From Tubulanus polymorphus (Eukaryota; Animalia; Nemertea): 64,000 bases of DNA. A program made the position numbers and the translations under genes. Positions 34,627 to 50,000 of this stretch are shown piece by piece. How positions within the stretch are numbered: position 1 is the first letter of the stretch; each line of letters starts with the position of its first letter. The notes under the pieces were generated by a model, which saw nothing but the letters and a program-made list of their open reading frames with translations, was not told the DNA's origin and did not search any database. Location of the stretch: assembly GCF_964204645.1 (NCBI RefSeq), contig NC_134025.1:20931101-20995100 (forward strand), read 5' to 3'.

Positions 34627-36829
34627 TCTGATCGATAGCCTGATCCTAAAATGAGAATATTCACTGACAGATGACTGATTTGTCTCGTTATCTCAGAAGA
34701 TATGATTATGGTTATGGTCGAGAAACAACCAATGCACGTTTACATAACGATAATACTGGAATAAACTGGATGATTTTGATACATTTCCGTTTCAGGTTTT
34801 TCAGGTTACGCACTTGAGGTTTGATTACCTTTGTAATCGATCCATGGATTTCACTCATATATCTTTATGTCAAACCCAGCGTAAACCAGTTTGAAATATC
34901 TTGTTTACTGGCAGTGGATATAGTTGGTTCTATTTATAGTCGAAACCTTGGCACATGATTTTCGTATTCGAGTTCGACTTACTTTCTATCTCATGATATC
35001 GAAGGTGATAAGTCGATTCTGAGAACACTGTTTCGATCTCTTTCTATGACTTTCAGGCAAAGTTTATTTTCTTACGTATTTTTGAATCAATCTTATTTTC
35101 ACCCAATGCACGTTTTACTGAGAGTGAGTTTAATTGGTTCGTAGAACTCTTGCGGCCAATATTGTACACTCACGACTTAGTCAGTTCCATATCTAACGAT
35201 TGAAGGCCACTTCGGAGAGAAGTTATACGACTGTGCAACTAGGATGCAACTGTTGAAATAAGTTACATTGTGTACGTAGTAGATTATGCCATTGTAAGCA
35301 TCCACTGCTCAGCTAATAAGCGATTTCAAATTATTTGATGGCAAAAATGTGTATGGCCAATTATTACATTTAGATTCTTCGCACGAGTGGTATTCGTTAA
35401 CCTTTCATTTTTGGAAGTTATTGACTTCTTCTTTATTTCGGCCGGGAAGAAATTGAATATGTCCAACTAATAATTGGCAGCGAATTTGCGTAGTAATTAG
35501 TTTGCTTGCTACTGAGTTCCCGTGGCGTGCTAATTGCTCGCCGATGCTGAAAAAGACTCAGAAATGAGACCACGCAGGGTTGGTGGAGAAAGCGCTTCAT
35601 TACGTTTGGTGAATCTGTGCATTCTGTTCTCGAGCCTCGGGGATGGCAAGCGTTCCTACTTTACTATTGCGACAACACCGGCAACATTTGTCTGCCAATT
35701 TCATAATAGATTACATGCAGAAAACGCTGTTATCCGCTGGATGTTCGTAGGTAAATACTAGCCATATGTTCGTGACAAAACAAAGCGCACGCGCCTTTCG
35801 ATATTACATACCTTATCACGGGAATGACAATCGTAACCTTCAATTTCATATTTCGACATTTCAAACTCAACTCTCGCATACGCGGAATTATCTTATCTTT
35901 GTTTATGCTTATGTTCGGAGATTAGTTTTTCGATTACTTTGGCAATAAAGAGAATAGCTCTGAATAAGGGCGCGTTATTGAAATACCTCCCAGACGATTT
36001 ACGCCTAAAAAGCTTCACAGGATCGAACGAACGCTCGTGAAAAGCTGCTTTTATTTTCACAAACTGTTTGGGGAACGTTTTTCGCTGATTACGGCTATTA
36101 CGGGCGCAAAACGATTAATTTTCATTGATTTGTTGGTAGCTTTCATTCACCGATTGTAACAAGACCCCTAATTAGATTCTCGGGGCTATAGGAAGACGAT
36201 TTACTGTCGGCGTTTCGGCTAATCATAGGACCGGGAATCGACTTTTTATGCGGAGTAATTCAAGCATTTTAAACAACCGTGGCGAAAGGTTCTTTAATGA
36301 GGATGGTGACCGCAGGCATCTCAACAGGAGCGCAGCAGTTCGAGAAATCCTGTTTTCATATCAATGCAACCCGTTTTTGCGAAATCTTGCTTCGCTTTTC
36401 ATACGCGCTCGCAGATTTGTGAGATTCTTCGCAGGGTCCTGTCTCGGCCCTAACTGACAGATGCCACGGTATTGTAACCGTCGAATAAACACATCATGAA
36501 AAACTCGACAAAGACCGAGCTTTCGCCACCACAGCGATAAGTATCCGTCGATAAAAAGCCAATTGAAACTTGATTAAGCGGCACTGTTGGTGATCTGTCT
36601 TGAGCACTCCTTCACGATTTTCGACGAGGAGCTAATTTCTAGGATTCCCGCTGTCCTGAGAATTACTGGGTCACCAGCGTTTTTTTGCAATATGACTATT
36701 TGGGCTATGAAAAAGAAAACGCGAAAACTTTTGATAATTCTATATACGTTAATTAACCGATGAAGTCCTGGCGTAAACAAGATAAGACTACCTTGGACGG
36801 TTTTTCTTGAAATCTTAAAATATGGATTG

Positions 36830-36912
36830 ACCGGTTGCGGTTCATTCAAGCAATTTTCCGACCAGCCGAACCGGCAAGCGACTGATCGGGGTTAATTTTG
36901 TTGTACATCGTA
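36830..36912 (+). repeat. Dispersed repeat; second copy ~50740-50835
   Basis: CGGTTCATTCAA.CAAT.TTCC...GAACCGGCAAGC.ACTGAT.GGGGTTAA.TTTGTTG in both. Confidence 0.65.
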
Positions 36913-38029
36913 TTCAGATCCTGATTTTGAATATATGGTAGTCAGAAATTGTTTGGCTCGGGGTTCATAATGTCCATACTGAGAGCATTACAGTAAATAC
37001 AACGGCACATAATGATGAATAGTAAAGATATGGCTTTCCCGAGTTGACTATCGTGAGTATATGTCTATCTTGAAAGATATGTTAATGTATGTATACATAA
37101 ACTAACAATACAGTAATTTTTCAGTTTCTTTTTAACAACAATCTATTTATTCTATTGTATTTCACAATGCGCAGTTATAATAAAATTATAACATATTTGA
37201 GCTTCATTTTGAGTATAGAAGAGTGAAACGTTTAAAATTGTGTAGTTTTAAAAGATTCCTTTATCAACGTATATTTCACCAGAGGCCTGCGATTTTTACC
37301 GTGTAATTCATCTCGGATTGAATATTGTGTTGGCCTTATACGATATGGCTTTCGACTCGTTCTTATTCTTACTCAAAATGTTCCCACATTTTTATGCACG
37401 GAAATAAACTTCACAATAGTCATTCGTGGCCATCGTTCGTCATTATGGCCATAATGCTCTTAAATCTGGGAGATTATTAATATTTTCCGCTCCACCACTA
37501 TAGTCCAACATATCCGGTCACATTTTGTTCCCTCATTCTTCGGGGAAGATTGACAGGAAACTGCCTTGAAAGCGTCGAGAGGCTTACGCGACTGACTCGA
37601 GGAAAGCTTCCATAAAAAAGCCAGCGACTCTACGGGATTATTTCATTCGAAAGCAAACACGCAGAAAGTTTCCGTCGGCTGATCGCCTCATTGATCTCTC
37701 TAAGATGCTTCGAGAGAGTTTTAACGGGCTTATCATCTAGACGAACACCAAGCGTTCAACGCGCTTTTTCAATCTGACGTGGGTGGAGCGTATGAAACAA
37801 TACACCGATTTTGACCAGACATTAGCTATACCGGGGATGCACAGTATATATCACCTCCCTGGATGTACATAAGACATGGGAGACCTTTAAGTGAAAACGA
37901 TGCGTTACACAAATTTTGCATATCCATTACGCAATCACACAATGTTGACTGTAAATACGAATACATACATATCTAATCAAAGTTATGGTCTGTCTCGGCG
38001 TGCATACGAGAGATTCGACGACTATCGCT

Positions 38030-38463
<434 letters not shown>

Positions 38464-41400
38464 GGACTGGGCGAACTTCGGTTATCGGAGTTAGTCGACC
38501 ATAGTCTAACTAAATGAAACCGAATATCAGTTAGTTTGAACTATGGCCCGGAAATGGTCGACCATGCAATTGAGCACGGTCGCTTTAGTATAAAAAAGAC
38601 AGTAAAATATATATGGTGCTAATGATTACATATTGTTTATCTGTGTTCCATGTCAGAAGGCAGGTAAATGGAGCTAACATAAATGATAATGATGAATGCC
38701 AGTAGCGGATCCAAGGGTATGGTGCAAGGGGTGAAAAATCAAGATAATAACTATAGAATATCAACTGATGGTTTGAATTCGTAATGAGGTAATGTTTTCC
38801 GATGATTGGGTGTACTTTTGTTTGTATGATATGCCCTGTTTTGGCGGTTGCGACCCCTCCCCTGAATAAGACCCTAGATCCACCCTGAATGTTGATAGTA
38901 GATCCTAATCATTTATACTATGATACGTTTTCCCCTATGTTGCTCATCATTATGATAAGTAAACGAACATCACTTTCGCAAGAATTCCGAGCTGTTACGA
39001 TGGACGTGTTGATTTTTACGAATGCGCACACAGTAACTTACGATCAGTTGTCAATGGTAAATGGCTGGAGCCGTTGTTGAATGTTATGGCAGATTAAGAT
39101 TCCACGCGATTTATGATTGTAATTAAACACACAAGACCCTCCCCGCCGGTAAAACGCAATAATATTACATGGCCCTCGTGCATCTATCTGTTTTCTGAGT
39201 AAACATAATTATAAAAGCTGTTTACCGGTACGCTCTTGTCGAACACGAGTTTATCGGGGATTATTGGAGAATGGAGCCGAAGAGGTTTAGAGACCTTTGA
39301 ATCGGGCGGACAGCTGTAACGTCGCGCGAAGAATGAAAGCTATTCGTTCGCCGTAGAGAATAGGGCAGGAGAGTGGCATTCAAAGGTTACATTGAATGAC
39401 AGGAGAATTAGACTCCTTCTCGGCAAAGATGTCTAAATCGTGGCCGCGGGCAGTGAATATAGAGTCTAGTTTTAGGGAACAGAAAATCCAAACTGCTCGG
39501 GTACTTGAACGGTTTCTATAATCTGCGTAGTATTGAAAAACCAGATGCGCAGTCTTAAGGCGGTTGAGCTTGTTCTTATTGTGGCAGTCTTCTCGAGGCT
39601 TGCTCGCCGGTTACGCCCGTCCTCTTCACAGTTCCAGCAACGTGAAAAACGACGGTGCAAATTTGCAATAAAACGCAATTAAAAGGATTAAACTGAATGC
39701 GAGTCCGAAGGGGCTTGTAGAAATAGGGTGCAACTTTTATATCAGCGTGCCCTCGGGCTACGAATCGGAGATTAAGAATTGTAAAATATTGGATGTTTTA
39801 TTTTTCTATGACCCTTATCGTAGTTTTACACAGCAGGGATTCTATAATAATTAGCAGTTAGGGCCACTTTAAAGTTGCTTTTCCATTTTCGGTTTTGTAT
39901 GGAAAATAGAAAAAAATATGAATCCCCAGTTTTCTCAGAAAAAGAATATTTTCCTTTCGACAATAAGTTTCGCACGCTTTTGTATAAAGTAAAAGAATCA
40001 TTAGAATATACATTGAAAAATAGATTTTCTGATTAGAAATAAAATGATGTCCACATTGTTTGATGCCCACCTTTATTTAGATGCAACGCGGGTCCGTTTT
40101 ATTCTTTTCGGGAATAGGTTCAGACCAGTATCCCTACAATGAGGTTTTCATTTTGCGGAAGGTCGGGACCAACTTCAACCAACTTTTGAGCAACTGGCTC
40201 CAGAACTTTAGGTTTAATCTTCTATGAAGAAAGGTAAAATTATTGTCTTTTAACAACGTTTTTTTTTTAATTACTATTATTACATCCATTCTATATTCCT
40301 ATTTCGTAAAGTTTGCCATCTGTTACCTGGTATCATACCCGCATCCCTATTTTGCCCCTTGATATCTGTTGGAATATCTTATTTCATAGATTCAATGAGA
40401 TAGTTTGTACTACCAATGAGCAATTATAGGAAAATTGAGAAAACCGAGCATATTTCACTTTAACAACAATGATTAAGTAGCCCTATGTTAGATGGAAGTT
40501 ACATCGTCCAATTGGCTCCTCGATCCTCGGGATATGCTAATTAATTGATGCGGTGAAGGGTTTCACCCTCACGGGGACAGTGCGATGGTATAGATTTGAG
40601 TTATGCGGGTTTCTGGCGATACATCGAAGACATCGCCCTTCGGGCGTGCCTCTGGCGCAACACACTTCAGAATATCAAGATATGTCATTTGGGTACATCT
40701 AACACGTCGTATACTCTTTCAATTGATTCAAGAATGGATAGACAAACCTTGCGGTAATATTTTACCAACCAGGTCAACAGATACACCCTATAGTGCACGC
40801 AATTAAAAGCCAACCTGTTCTAATCTTGATGGGGTTGGCTGCTCGTAAATTCCAATAAACTGGCTTCCGAATAGGATTTTTACAATTATATTTCATAAAC
40901 AATGGTGCTCGTTTCTGTTTCTTATGTTACGGTTTTGAAGAGGCAACTTATGTCCAAAAATCAGTTAATGTCCCTTATTTCAACTAAAGAGTGAAGACTT
41001 ATTTTGGAACTGTGGGTTAAATTCACATTATGCTTTCAAAGAAAACCACAGGTCCATAGAGAAAAACTAAGTTGGTGAACTATATAATCAATCAGTTGCA
41101 TTATTATCATCTATCGCAAATATATAGTATTTCAAAATATCAAAGATGGAGAAAATCAAAAACATAAGTCCCACAATCACGACATCGAAAAAAAATTATT
41201 TCAATATCGTAACGTTAGAATTTGTTAAGAATCCAAATTTTCGGTTTTCAACTAAAAAACCATTATCAAGGAATGTATAATGATCAATTACGTAAATAGG
41301 TCATCCTATCTGCGTAACAGTGCCCTCCCCTCAAAAAGCCAAGTGTTCGCCCTCGAACAATTGCAAAATGCATATAAAATACGAAAATTGAATGGGCTTT

Positions 41401-41798
41401 ATACAGAAAGACATGATAGATAATAGTTGAATGTATGAACAAAGGTATAGAACATGGTAAAAATGGAATACGCTGAGAAAACAAAAACAAAATTGTAAGA
41501 GGCGAATGTACATAAAACGATACAACGTGCATCGTACATCATGTCCAACGACTAGAGGTGATCAATATTGCACGAGTTTCATCGATGAACATTTACGAAG
41601 AAGCTGAACGGAGCACTTTTATACGATGGTCAATGTTGTGTACATGGCGGTTTGAGCGCGATCTGTTTCCTTCGAATTAAACGACAATTACGGAGCCACG
41701 AAGGACTACCTAATTAGTGCTCATGGTTTTTAATTATATTTATGTTTTGTTTATTGTGAATAGTAATTGCAACCATTATGTATAAAAGATAGTAACAT

Positions 41799-42407
41799 TT
41801 AATATATCACTGTCAATTCTTGCCTAAGTGTGTGTAATTCGGCCGTAACCGCATCCATAGCCGAATTATGTGTTGCGAATTTCGATAAAGTATTTTCGGT
41901 AGTTAGCTTGATCTGTGCAAATTCATCTAATTTTTCATATATAGAGGCGATGTCCCTCGAATGCCGTTCAATCGAATTTAAGACTTCATCGAATTTAGAT
42001 TCCATAGAATTTTGCAACCCATTTATCGCTTCAACCAGCTGCTGATTAATCTCACCGTTTATGGATGGGATTTCTCGAATATCGTTTTCCAGAGTCAGGT
42101 AATCGTCCTCTGAAATTTCATGTAAATTTAAAGTGCCTCCGCCCATTGAAGGAACGGTCGGTACACTACAAGGGAGCGAGTCCGTTTGACGATTACTATC
42201 GCTAGCAATGTCTGCAATTGGACTTTGCTGCTGTGCGGTGGGCGTTTGAAATGTAACGTCGGTCCCTAGAGGTCGAGTTGGCGTTTTGTCCGCCTGCAAT
42301 GAATCAACCTCTATGGCCGAACGAGTTATAATTTTACGAGACGGAACTTGGAATCCCGATCTCGTTTTAGGGACTGCACCAGCAGCTTTTTTTCGGTACA
42401 GATACAT
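41799..42407 (-). other. Uncharacterised ORF with a disordered N-terminus and C-terminal coiled coil; possibly a retroelement ORF1 remnant
   Basis: ~200 open codons from MYLYRKK; heptad pattern LVEAINGLQNSMESKFDEVLNSIERHSRDIASIYEKLDE; no recognisable catalytic motif. Confidence 0.4.
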
Positions 42408-43152
42408 TGGTAAGTTTTGCGTCCATAGTAAACAGTAGAGAATTGTGTAAAAGAAAAATCGTAAAAGTTTGAGTAGCACCAAAATGTGATAAAAAGAACG
42501 TTTAACAGCACAGGGCTGGGTCAACTAAAAACCGTGAATAGAAAAAGACAACTCATCTCATCTTGGAGTAATAATCATTTTGACAAATTATTACTCCAAG
42601 CTCTCATCAAATATGTTGTATTCTATCTTCTTTGTATCGAATTCAGTGAGAGATAAAACTTTAAAGGTGTATTCCGTGCTTCGAGTCAGCCCTTTGAACT
42701 AAGACACCGACAGATTTAAAAGCATCTGGGGAATTAGTTAACTTATGACCTCTATATTCTGAGCGTTAAAGAGGATTAAACAATAATTAAAACTACGCTG
42801 ATCATCGAGTTACTGTAGCGTATTTCGGTGTTCAATGCGCGTTCTTTGTTTCAAGATGGCGAATGAACGGTACCTGAGCGTACGACACGTGACAAATACG
42901 ACCGGACTGATAGACAACAAATCACCGACATATGGGACAGACGATAGCCACCCGGAGTCATCTTGTCTTACAATTTATCCTTCTTTCTTTATCCTTGTTT
43001 GTAAATTGTCACACTATAGCGCGACAGTCTCCGCCGGTTGTGAAGACAAACGATTGGCGGAGAGTGTTTCGCGCACCTAACAGAGGGGCATCGCGACTAA
43101 TTTGGCCCCGCCTCTTCTTGCGACAACACTAGGACACCCCCTACGAGGATGC

Positions 43153-43165
43153 TATTATATAGTTT
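43153..43165 (+). promoter_or_regulatory. Candidate TATA element of Olig
   Basis: TATTATATAG ~105 bp upstream of the ATG, after a GC-rich segment; YY1-like AAGATGGCG at ~42853. Confidence 0.4.
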
Positions 43166-43262
43166 ACACAGAGCTACGAGTCTAGTCAAAATAAATTTCA
43201 TCGCCGCAGAGTAAACACACGTTATCAACGATCGTCGTCTATTAATTTTCGGATCGCGCAAA

Positions 43263-44003
43263 ATGTCATCGGAGTTGTCGAAAACCACGTCGGAAAACGG
43301 TTTCTCGTCGTGCGAAGAGAGCTTTTCCGACGACGGACGCAGCAATGCCGGAAGCCCGCAGTCCGATACGAGACCGTCGTACGCGGGTAAAATCAGGCGA
43401 AAGACCCCCGTCGCCGAGAAGTGCATGTCGGAAGACGAACTACAAGATCTACGCATGAAAATCAACTCTCGCGAACGAAAGAGGATGCACGACCTGAATT
43501 CGGCGCTCGACGGTTTGCGAGAAGTGATGCCGTACGCTAACGGACCGTCGGTGAGGAAGTTATCGAAAATCGCCACTTTGTTACTGGCGAAAAACTACAT
43601 TCTCATGCTGAACAATTCGTTGGAAGAGATGAAAAAACTGGTAAGCGACGTTTACAAATCTCGTCCGCCGACTTTGCCGTCGTTACCTACGTTGCCGAGT
43701 TCGCCGACAACGTTGCCGACATCATCTGGACTGACTTCGCCGTCTACATCGTCGATTACGTCGTTACCGCCGACCTCTCTACCCGCTACTTTACACGCAC
43801 CGACAGCCACGCATCCGGTGATGTCCATGCCGTCGCATCATATCGGACATCCGTCGCCTTTAACTGCTCACAGACCTATGATGTACGGAAACTGGCCTAT
43901 ACCGTGCGCGTGTTCTCAGTGTACTGACTCCATACGGTGTGCTCCTATTAACTGTTATCCGTCTATGTTATCTATGGCCGGACATTCGTCGTCATTCAAG
44001 TAA
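43263..44003 (+). CDS. Olig: Oligodendrocyte transcription factor (Olig2/3-like) bHLH protein, intronless
   Basis: [57 protein letters not shown] closely matches the OLIG bHLH; C-terminal PCACSQC; AATAAA at ~44694. Confidence 0.93.
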   Translation: MSSELSKTTSENGFSSCEESFSDDGRSNAGSPQSDTRPSYAGKIRRKTPVAEKCMSEDELQDLRMKINSRERKRMHDLNSALDGLREVMPYANGPSVRKLSKIATLLLAKNYILMLNNSLEEMKKLVSDVYKSRPPTLPSLPTLPSSPTTLPTSSGLTSPSTSSITSLPPTSLPATLHAPTATHPVMSMPSHHIGHPSPLTAHRPMMYGNWPIPCACSQCTDSIRCAPINCYPSMLSMAGHSSSFK

Positions 44004-47000
44004 AAACAAGACAATTTGTGCTAATTACGATGGTCATGAAATGAAACTTTCAGTTCTATGGATATCAGTGTCGACGTAAACTCCTTTTCACCCTTAGAAT
44101 GGATTTCATACAAACGGACAATATTTCTGATATTCTTAACTACATAGTCTCGAATTGCCGTCTTAGATTTCATTGTACGAAACTTTGCATGAAAACTTGC
44201 AATCATTTTCGAATCAATGCGAGATTAATCTTCACCTCAGAATCAGAGTCGATCTTTTCGCTTGTGCAGATTTACTATTGCTTAAACGAGAAATTTGTTC
44301 GGCGTATTTGAATCTGTTGATTTCGTTATTCTTTACAATAATCGCAGCGTGAGAGAACTTAATTTCCAATGTACGCGCACAATTGTTTGTTTGTGAGTGA
44401 GCAATTTAGCATATGTTGTGTGGCACTTTGACGCGTCACCCTGTCAAATTTTGCCATCGGCTTCAAAAACGCTGCGAAAGAATTAGTCATAGAGAAATTT
44501 GGGTTATTTCTGCGAGTAAATGATTTCATCAAGAATGTCTTATCGATTGTATAGATTAGGCTGTGTATATTCATCATGGGTCCATATGTAACTGAAATAT
44601 AGTCAAATTAATTTATTTTGTAGAATTATTTGTAAATAGATCTGATGGTGTACAGTTGTAAATTTGTATAAAAGAAATATTATCCGACCAGCAAATAAAA
44701 TATTTTCATATAAGCGAAATCTATTTTCTCCGGTCTTAGTTGCTCTTTATTTATTTCTACTCTTTTGAGTGCGAGAAAAATGTGGAAACAATTTCTGAAA
44801 GCTGTCAAAATAGCACATTTTCATGTTGCAATACTTATTTCATGATATCAGCAAATTTTACGAGCCCGATAAAAGCACTATCGATATTCTATAAAACCAG
44901 GGTACAGTCATGACTGAATATCAAAATCTCTTAAATTTTTAAAACCTTTAAGTTGTTAGATTAGCTGTAGAACTAAGACGGTTCTTAGACTGGATTTGAA
45001 GTTAAACCATGACTGTGCATGCGGGGCCCTGACGTTTTCGGAATTTGAAATATTTTCTCGTCGAATGCGATATATACAGATGCTACAGCTAATTAACAAA
45101 AGGAGTTGGTTCATTTAGGATGGATTTACAGTTAAAAAAGCATATTTTCGCATAATTCTTCCCGACGTGTTGCAATGGTAAAAATTATAATCTAAACATC
45201 TGTACAATAAAATAGCTTGCTGTTTTGTAAATCTACATAATCATCGCATAATGTATGCGTTGAATGAAACGCTAGAAGTTACGTGTATTATGTTTGTTAA
45301 TGCTAGCATTTTGCGAGAGAACAAAACTACCCAAAATTACCGATTTATACGTAAAATACGAAATCAGAAAACTAAATAGAATAGAAAAATGAATTAAAAC
45401 AATGATAAATTAAATATCTATTTGAAAATATTGTTATTCATTCATAGCAATTTCTTTGTACGGGATATAATTTGAATTCATTTGCGCATTCGCAAAATGT
45501 TTGTATATCGTATGTTTACTATTTATCTATTGTACGCGCAGTCAAGTTTTTGATTTTCTGCGTAAAACAACAGGATATGAGCTGTTCGACCGTTCGTTCA
45601 TTTGTGGTGGTTTTCTCGATCAGTGCCGATGATCGACGCGTTTTCATGAACACCGACGACCCGACTGCGAAGCAGTGTGGTGGCATTTTAAAGCATTCGA
45701 AAAAAAATAAAACGATGTAGCCCGATTGTCGAAAAATGTCTGTCGCTGTTGGCCAACAAATTAGTCCTCAATAGTCAATAGTATAACGAGCTCCCTGTCG
45801 CGCCTATATTCTTGCGTTCGCGAACAAATTGGCTCACTTAGGACCAGATTACTTCTTCTTTTTAAATAACAGGTGTGCACTCTTTTGCTCATTATTGGCC
45901 GTGCCGTATGCTATACAATCTCTCAATCGTTTTTCTAGGCTTGCTACCAGGTGGTGCTATGACCCTGCTTCACAGCCTCGCCCGAAGGACCGACTACGGC
46001 ATAATACGTCTCCCGCATCGTTGTCGATTGCTTCAAAATACGTGAAAAACATTCCCAGAAAGTACAAGCTGCAATTAGATTTTTTCTTTTGACCGGCTCG
46101 GCGTGGTACGTCGCATTCCAACTGAGCTATAGACCCGACGGATTTCGCGATACAATCGTTATAGAGATATGTACGCCATATTTCGTTAATTATAGGAGAC
46201 GAATTGGCGGTAAAATCGTACGCGTTGGTTTTGTTCCTCGCAGCTATGGCGCCTCTATCGTCGAATTCTCGGGTTTTCGCCCAACATTTTTTTCTTTCAA
46301 AGAGATGTCGGATATCGTCCGCGATGAAAAGATATTTTCAATGTATACGCTTGTCTTCTCATGCGTAAGAAATACGAAAGAGATTGCACGTCTGCGATCA
46401 AAAATTTACATACAAAAGTGCTTGTTTTTTTTCTGTGACGATCGCGATGGCCTTTTTGTTAGTATATCGTCACCTAGATCTTTGTTCGATAAGTGGGATT
46501 CTCTACTTTTTACAATACGATTTTTTAACGATGCGCCCTTGTTTCCTTGAAAAAAACCATCGCTAGCGAATGTAACACTCAAGATTTAATGCGCTGCTAA
46601 GTTTGGGAGGCTTCATTGAAATTGGAGTATAAAGTCTTTATTACAACCGATAAAGCGCAACTGTACATTTTACGCTGATATCCTATTCTGGGCGCGTTCG
46701 GACACAATTGGCACATGTTCTCCTCTCTCATTTGTAAATCTGACAATCAGAAGAAAGATTTGCATTAAAAGGTCCGTTCCATTGGAGACACAATCTTGTC
46801 TTTCAATAGCGTCCGGTACTTGCTGGCGTCAACTTGTGCCCTTCATTATGCCCACTATTTGCAATAGAGATCAGGCCACAATTGCAGCCACTTTTCTCTG
46901 TCTGTTCATATCTACGATTAACTCCCCCAGCGAAACAAGTTGAGGATAATATTTTCATTCCGATTCCACTTATATCAATAAACCATTTTCTGATAATCTA

Positions 47001-50000
47001 GTCATTGTATCATAGTTTCCTGGGAAATGCATAATCTTTTGTACATACAGTTATTGGAGATATTGTTACTATTTCGCGCTTATGAATCGTGAAGCCCATC
47101 ATAAATGCCAAGTTCCGCAAAACGCGATAATACCTTTGTCGTAAAACTTATGTAGTTTGAACCGATTGAACGCCACATTTCGCATATGTCAAAAATATTG
47201 CCTTCGTATATTTCAAGTCACCACAAGATTAACTTAAGAGACCAATGCTTTTAAATTTCTGCAGAAAGCCGAATAATTATCTGTGAAAGCGTTAACAATC
47301 TAATTGCATATTTCGGACCTAATTCGAAGACGTTCCTCTTGTTGTAATGACCAACGGTGGACACCTGGAACCCGGAACCAAGCCTAGCTAATTGACCCCC
47401 GATGTTCGAAGACCGAGCCCGCCTCGTCTCGGGTCTACTTCGAGTAGAACCTTCCTTTTCATTTTCCGCGTTAGTAAACAATGCGCACGCAGGGCGTCGA
47501 CAAAGCCTGTTTAGGACGTGGCGTTTCGGGAAGCCAAGTGAAAAACATCGCTTAGCTTTAACTTTTAATGCTCATTAGCTCAATGTATATTCAAGTCATT
47601 TATTTCGACTAGGCGTCGTAGTATTGTTGTAAAACAGTGGTTCGTCCGGAACAAACATTGTAATGAAATGGACCGATGCAACAACAGTGCCATTAATTAT
47701 GTAGCTATCGGCATCATATCCCACTCAGCATGGCCCAAACGACACGTATACGGCGATGGTCCTAATTCCGAGTGCTTTCCAATCGTACCACGCTGTCTCC
47801 AAACAAGAAGCGTTCGCCTGTCATTATTTTTCGTTAATGGGCACACATTCGGGTGTGGGCACACACACATGGAATCATCATGTATATTAGGCGGTACTCG
47901 AGTCTCTTAAGACAAATTGGGCATTCCCATCGCAGTCTGTTCGTCTAGTTAGAACCGCGGCCGTAACAAAGGCGTCAAACATTGAAGCCACTCACTTGAA
48001 ATAAAACACCAGCTAATGACGCCGTTTTTCCCAACTCGTTCACGAAACTTGAAAGATGAGGTCGTCATGCGCCTTCGACAATACTGGTTAAAAAACGTCG
48101 GGCTTTTTAAACGCGGAAACAAACGTGTGTGTGTGTGTGTGTGAACATCGGTCTTCTGTCGAGACATTTACAGCTTCGCGAAAATAAAGCGAGGTTCGGT
48201 TTGTTCTTGATGGATTCTTGAGAATGTTTCCCACTCGAGCTCTTTGATGTATTGTTAGTTTTCGTTCTATTCCGTGGATAATAACGGCGACTAATTTGTT
48301 TTGAATATGCGATATTAATTAGCTTCCTTGTCCAACTATGACGCCCTAGAGGTTCGATCTGGGTTTAATAATGGCGAATCTGGCTAACAACGCCGAATAA
48401 CTGAGCAACATAACACTTCAACATGTAAAGAAGCTCTTACGAAGCTGCGAAATGAGGGAACGGGTCGAAATTTTCCCTTGCTCCGGGCAACAGAAACGTT
48501 CTCAATAAATGCGTGTCCTTCTCCCTGAGTTAAGGTGTGCACAGACAATTTACGGAGATCCGACAATAGCCAATAGCCTTGGGGGACAAGACTAATTGCA
48601 GAGGGTCGCGAAAAATGATACCCCTAGTTTACATAAAGAGTAAACAATTAACAAATGACGTCCATTAGTCAGATAGAACATAGCAATTTTGGCATTACTG
48701 AATAAAGTCAAACAACCTCAGACTGGTCAAATAAACCGCAGCACACTTTATTACCATAAAACCGCAAGAAAATGGAAACATGTGGTGTTTTGAAATGGAT
48801 TACGTTTGAGAAATCATTAAGTCTTCATGTTCAAATAATCAGGAATTCGCTTCCTAATGGCTTTGCAATATGCCAGTGAACTTTTGAGAAGCAATACAAT
48901 CCCTGGTCATATAGTTTTATGAAATAAGGTTGAATTTTTCTGATCTATGGAATAAGTTGGTAACTAAGTTTAAAACCCTCTATATACAGAATTTAAAAGA
49001 TTAAAATCGAATAAGAAAATGAACACCTACGATGGTCTCTAGAGAGAGTCCTTAACGTCGTGTATTTTGATTTAAATTCTAGATAAATTAAATTAGTTGT
49101 TAATCATTCAGATTCTGTGTGTAGTGGGTTTTAAACTAATTGTCTGTTCTCCACGTCTGAATTTGGCTATTCTACCAGATTGGCAACTAAAATTTGGAAC
49201 GGACGAACAGAATATAAAGGGATGAACGCAAACACAACAGAAAGCTTAAAATCGTCATCTACAAACATATTTTCTGAAAACATACAACTCAGCGTCTTGT
49301 TAAAATAGATTTCCAAAGCTCCCTCAGGTAAAGTGGACATGTGTACTAAAGTTTAGTTTAGTTTAGTTCAATTTATTATGCTCAGCAAAAGGACGTTTGC
49401 TTACTAATGACTTTCATTTGCAACTCCGCAACCTCTTCAATGAAAATCGTTTTTCACGATACGCATTACGCATTACACCGAAATAGATTCGATAATTAGT
49501 ACCAAAGTTACGGCATCGCAATCTGGTGGTGATTTGCTAGGGAAGGAAATTAATACAAATTTTCACTGTCGAGGGCCACAGGTGAAAACTAAACGGACGC
49601 AACTGGTAAACATTTTAACGTATCGGATTGACGTGATCTAGTGAAGTAGCACCTATTGTCGTTAATGCACACCTTTCGTCGTTCGCTTTGTGGCGACACT
49701 TCCGCATCGTATATACGGAATTTACGATTTTAGCTTCATTGCGGCTAATTTTACACTTTATTTCACTCGAATCCGGGTGAATTTTAAAGAGAAAGTGAGA
49801 TTTTAACTTCGATAGTGGCGCACCTCGCTGCATATGCGCTTCGCGACATCGCCTGACAAAAGTCACGTTACGGCGATTAAGTGTTCGATAACAACACGAA
49901 TGGTTAGATATTACAAGCTGATAGCATTTTAGCGTAAATCTGATTATTGCCATTCAATTTCTCCGTTGTGCGTCGTGTGAAAGCGTATACAATTTTATTC

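Noticed and set aside
43097-43576. 159 aa antisense ORF over Olig
   Set aside because: Shadow frame of a GC-richer coding strand; no independent evidence
46089-46550. 153 aa ORF downstream of Olig
   Set aside because: TTG start, Phe/Arg-rich non-coding composition, no domain
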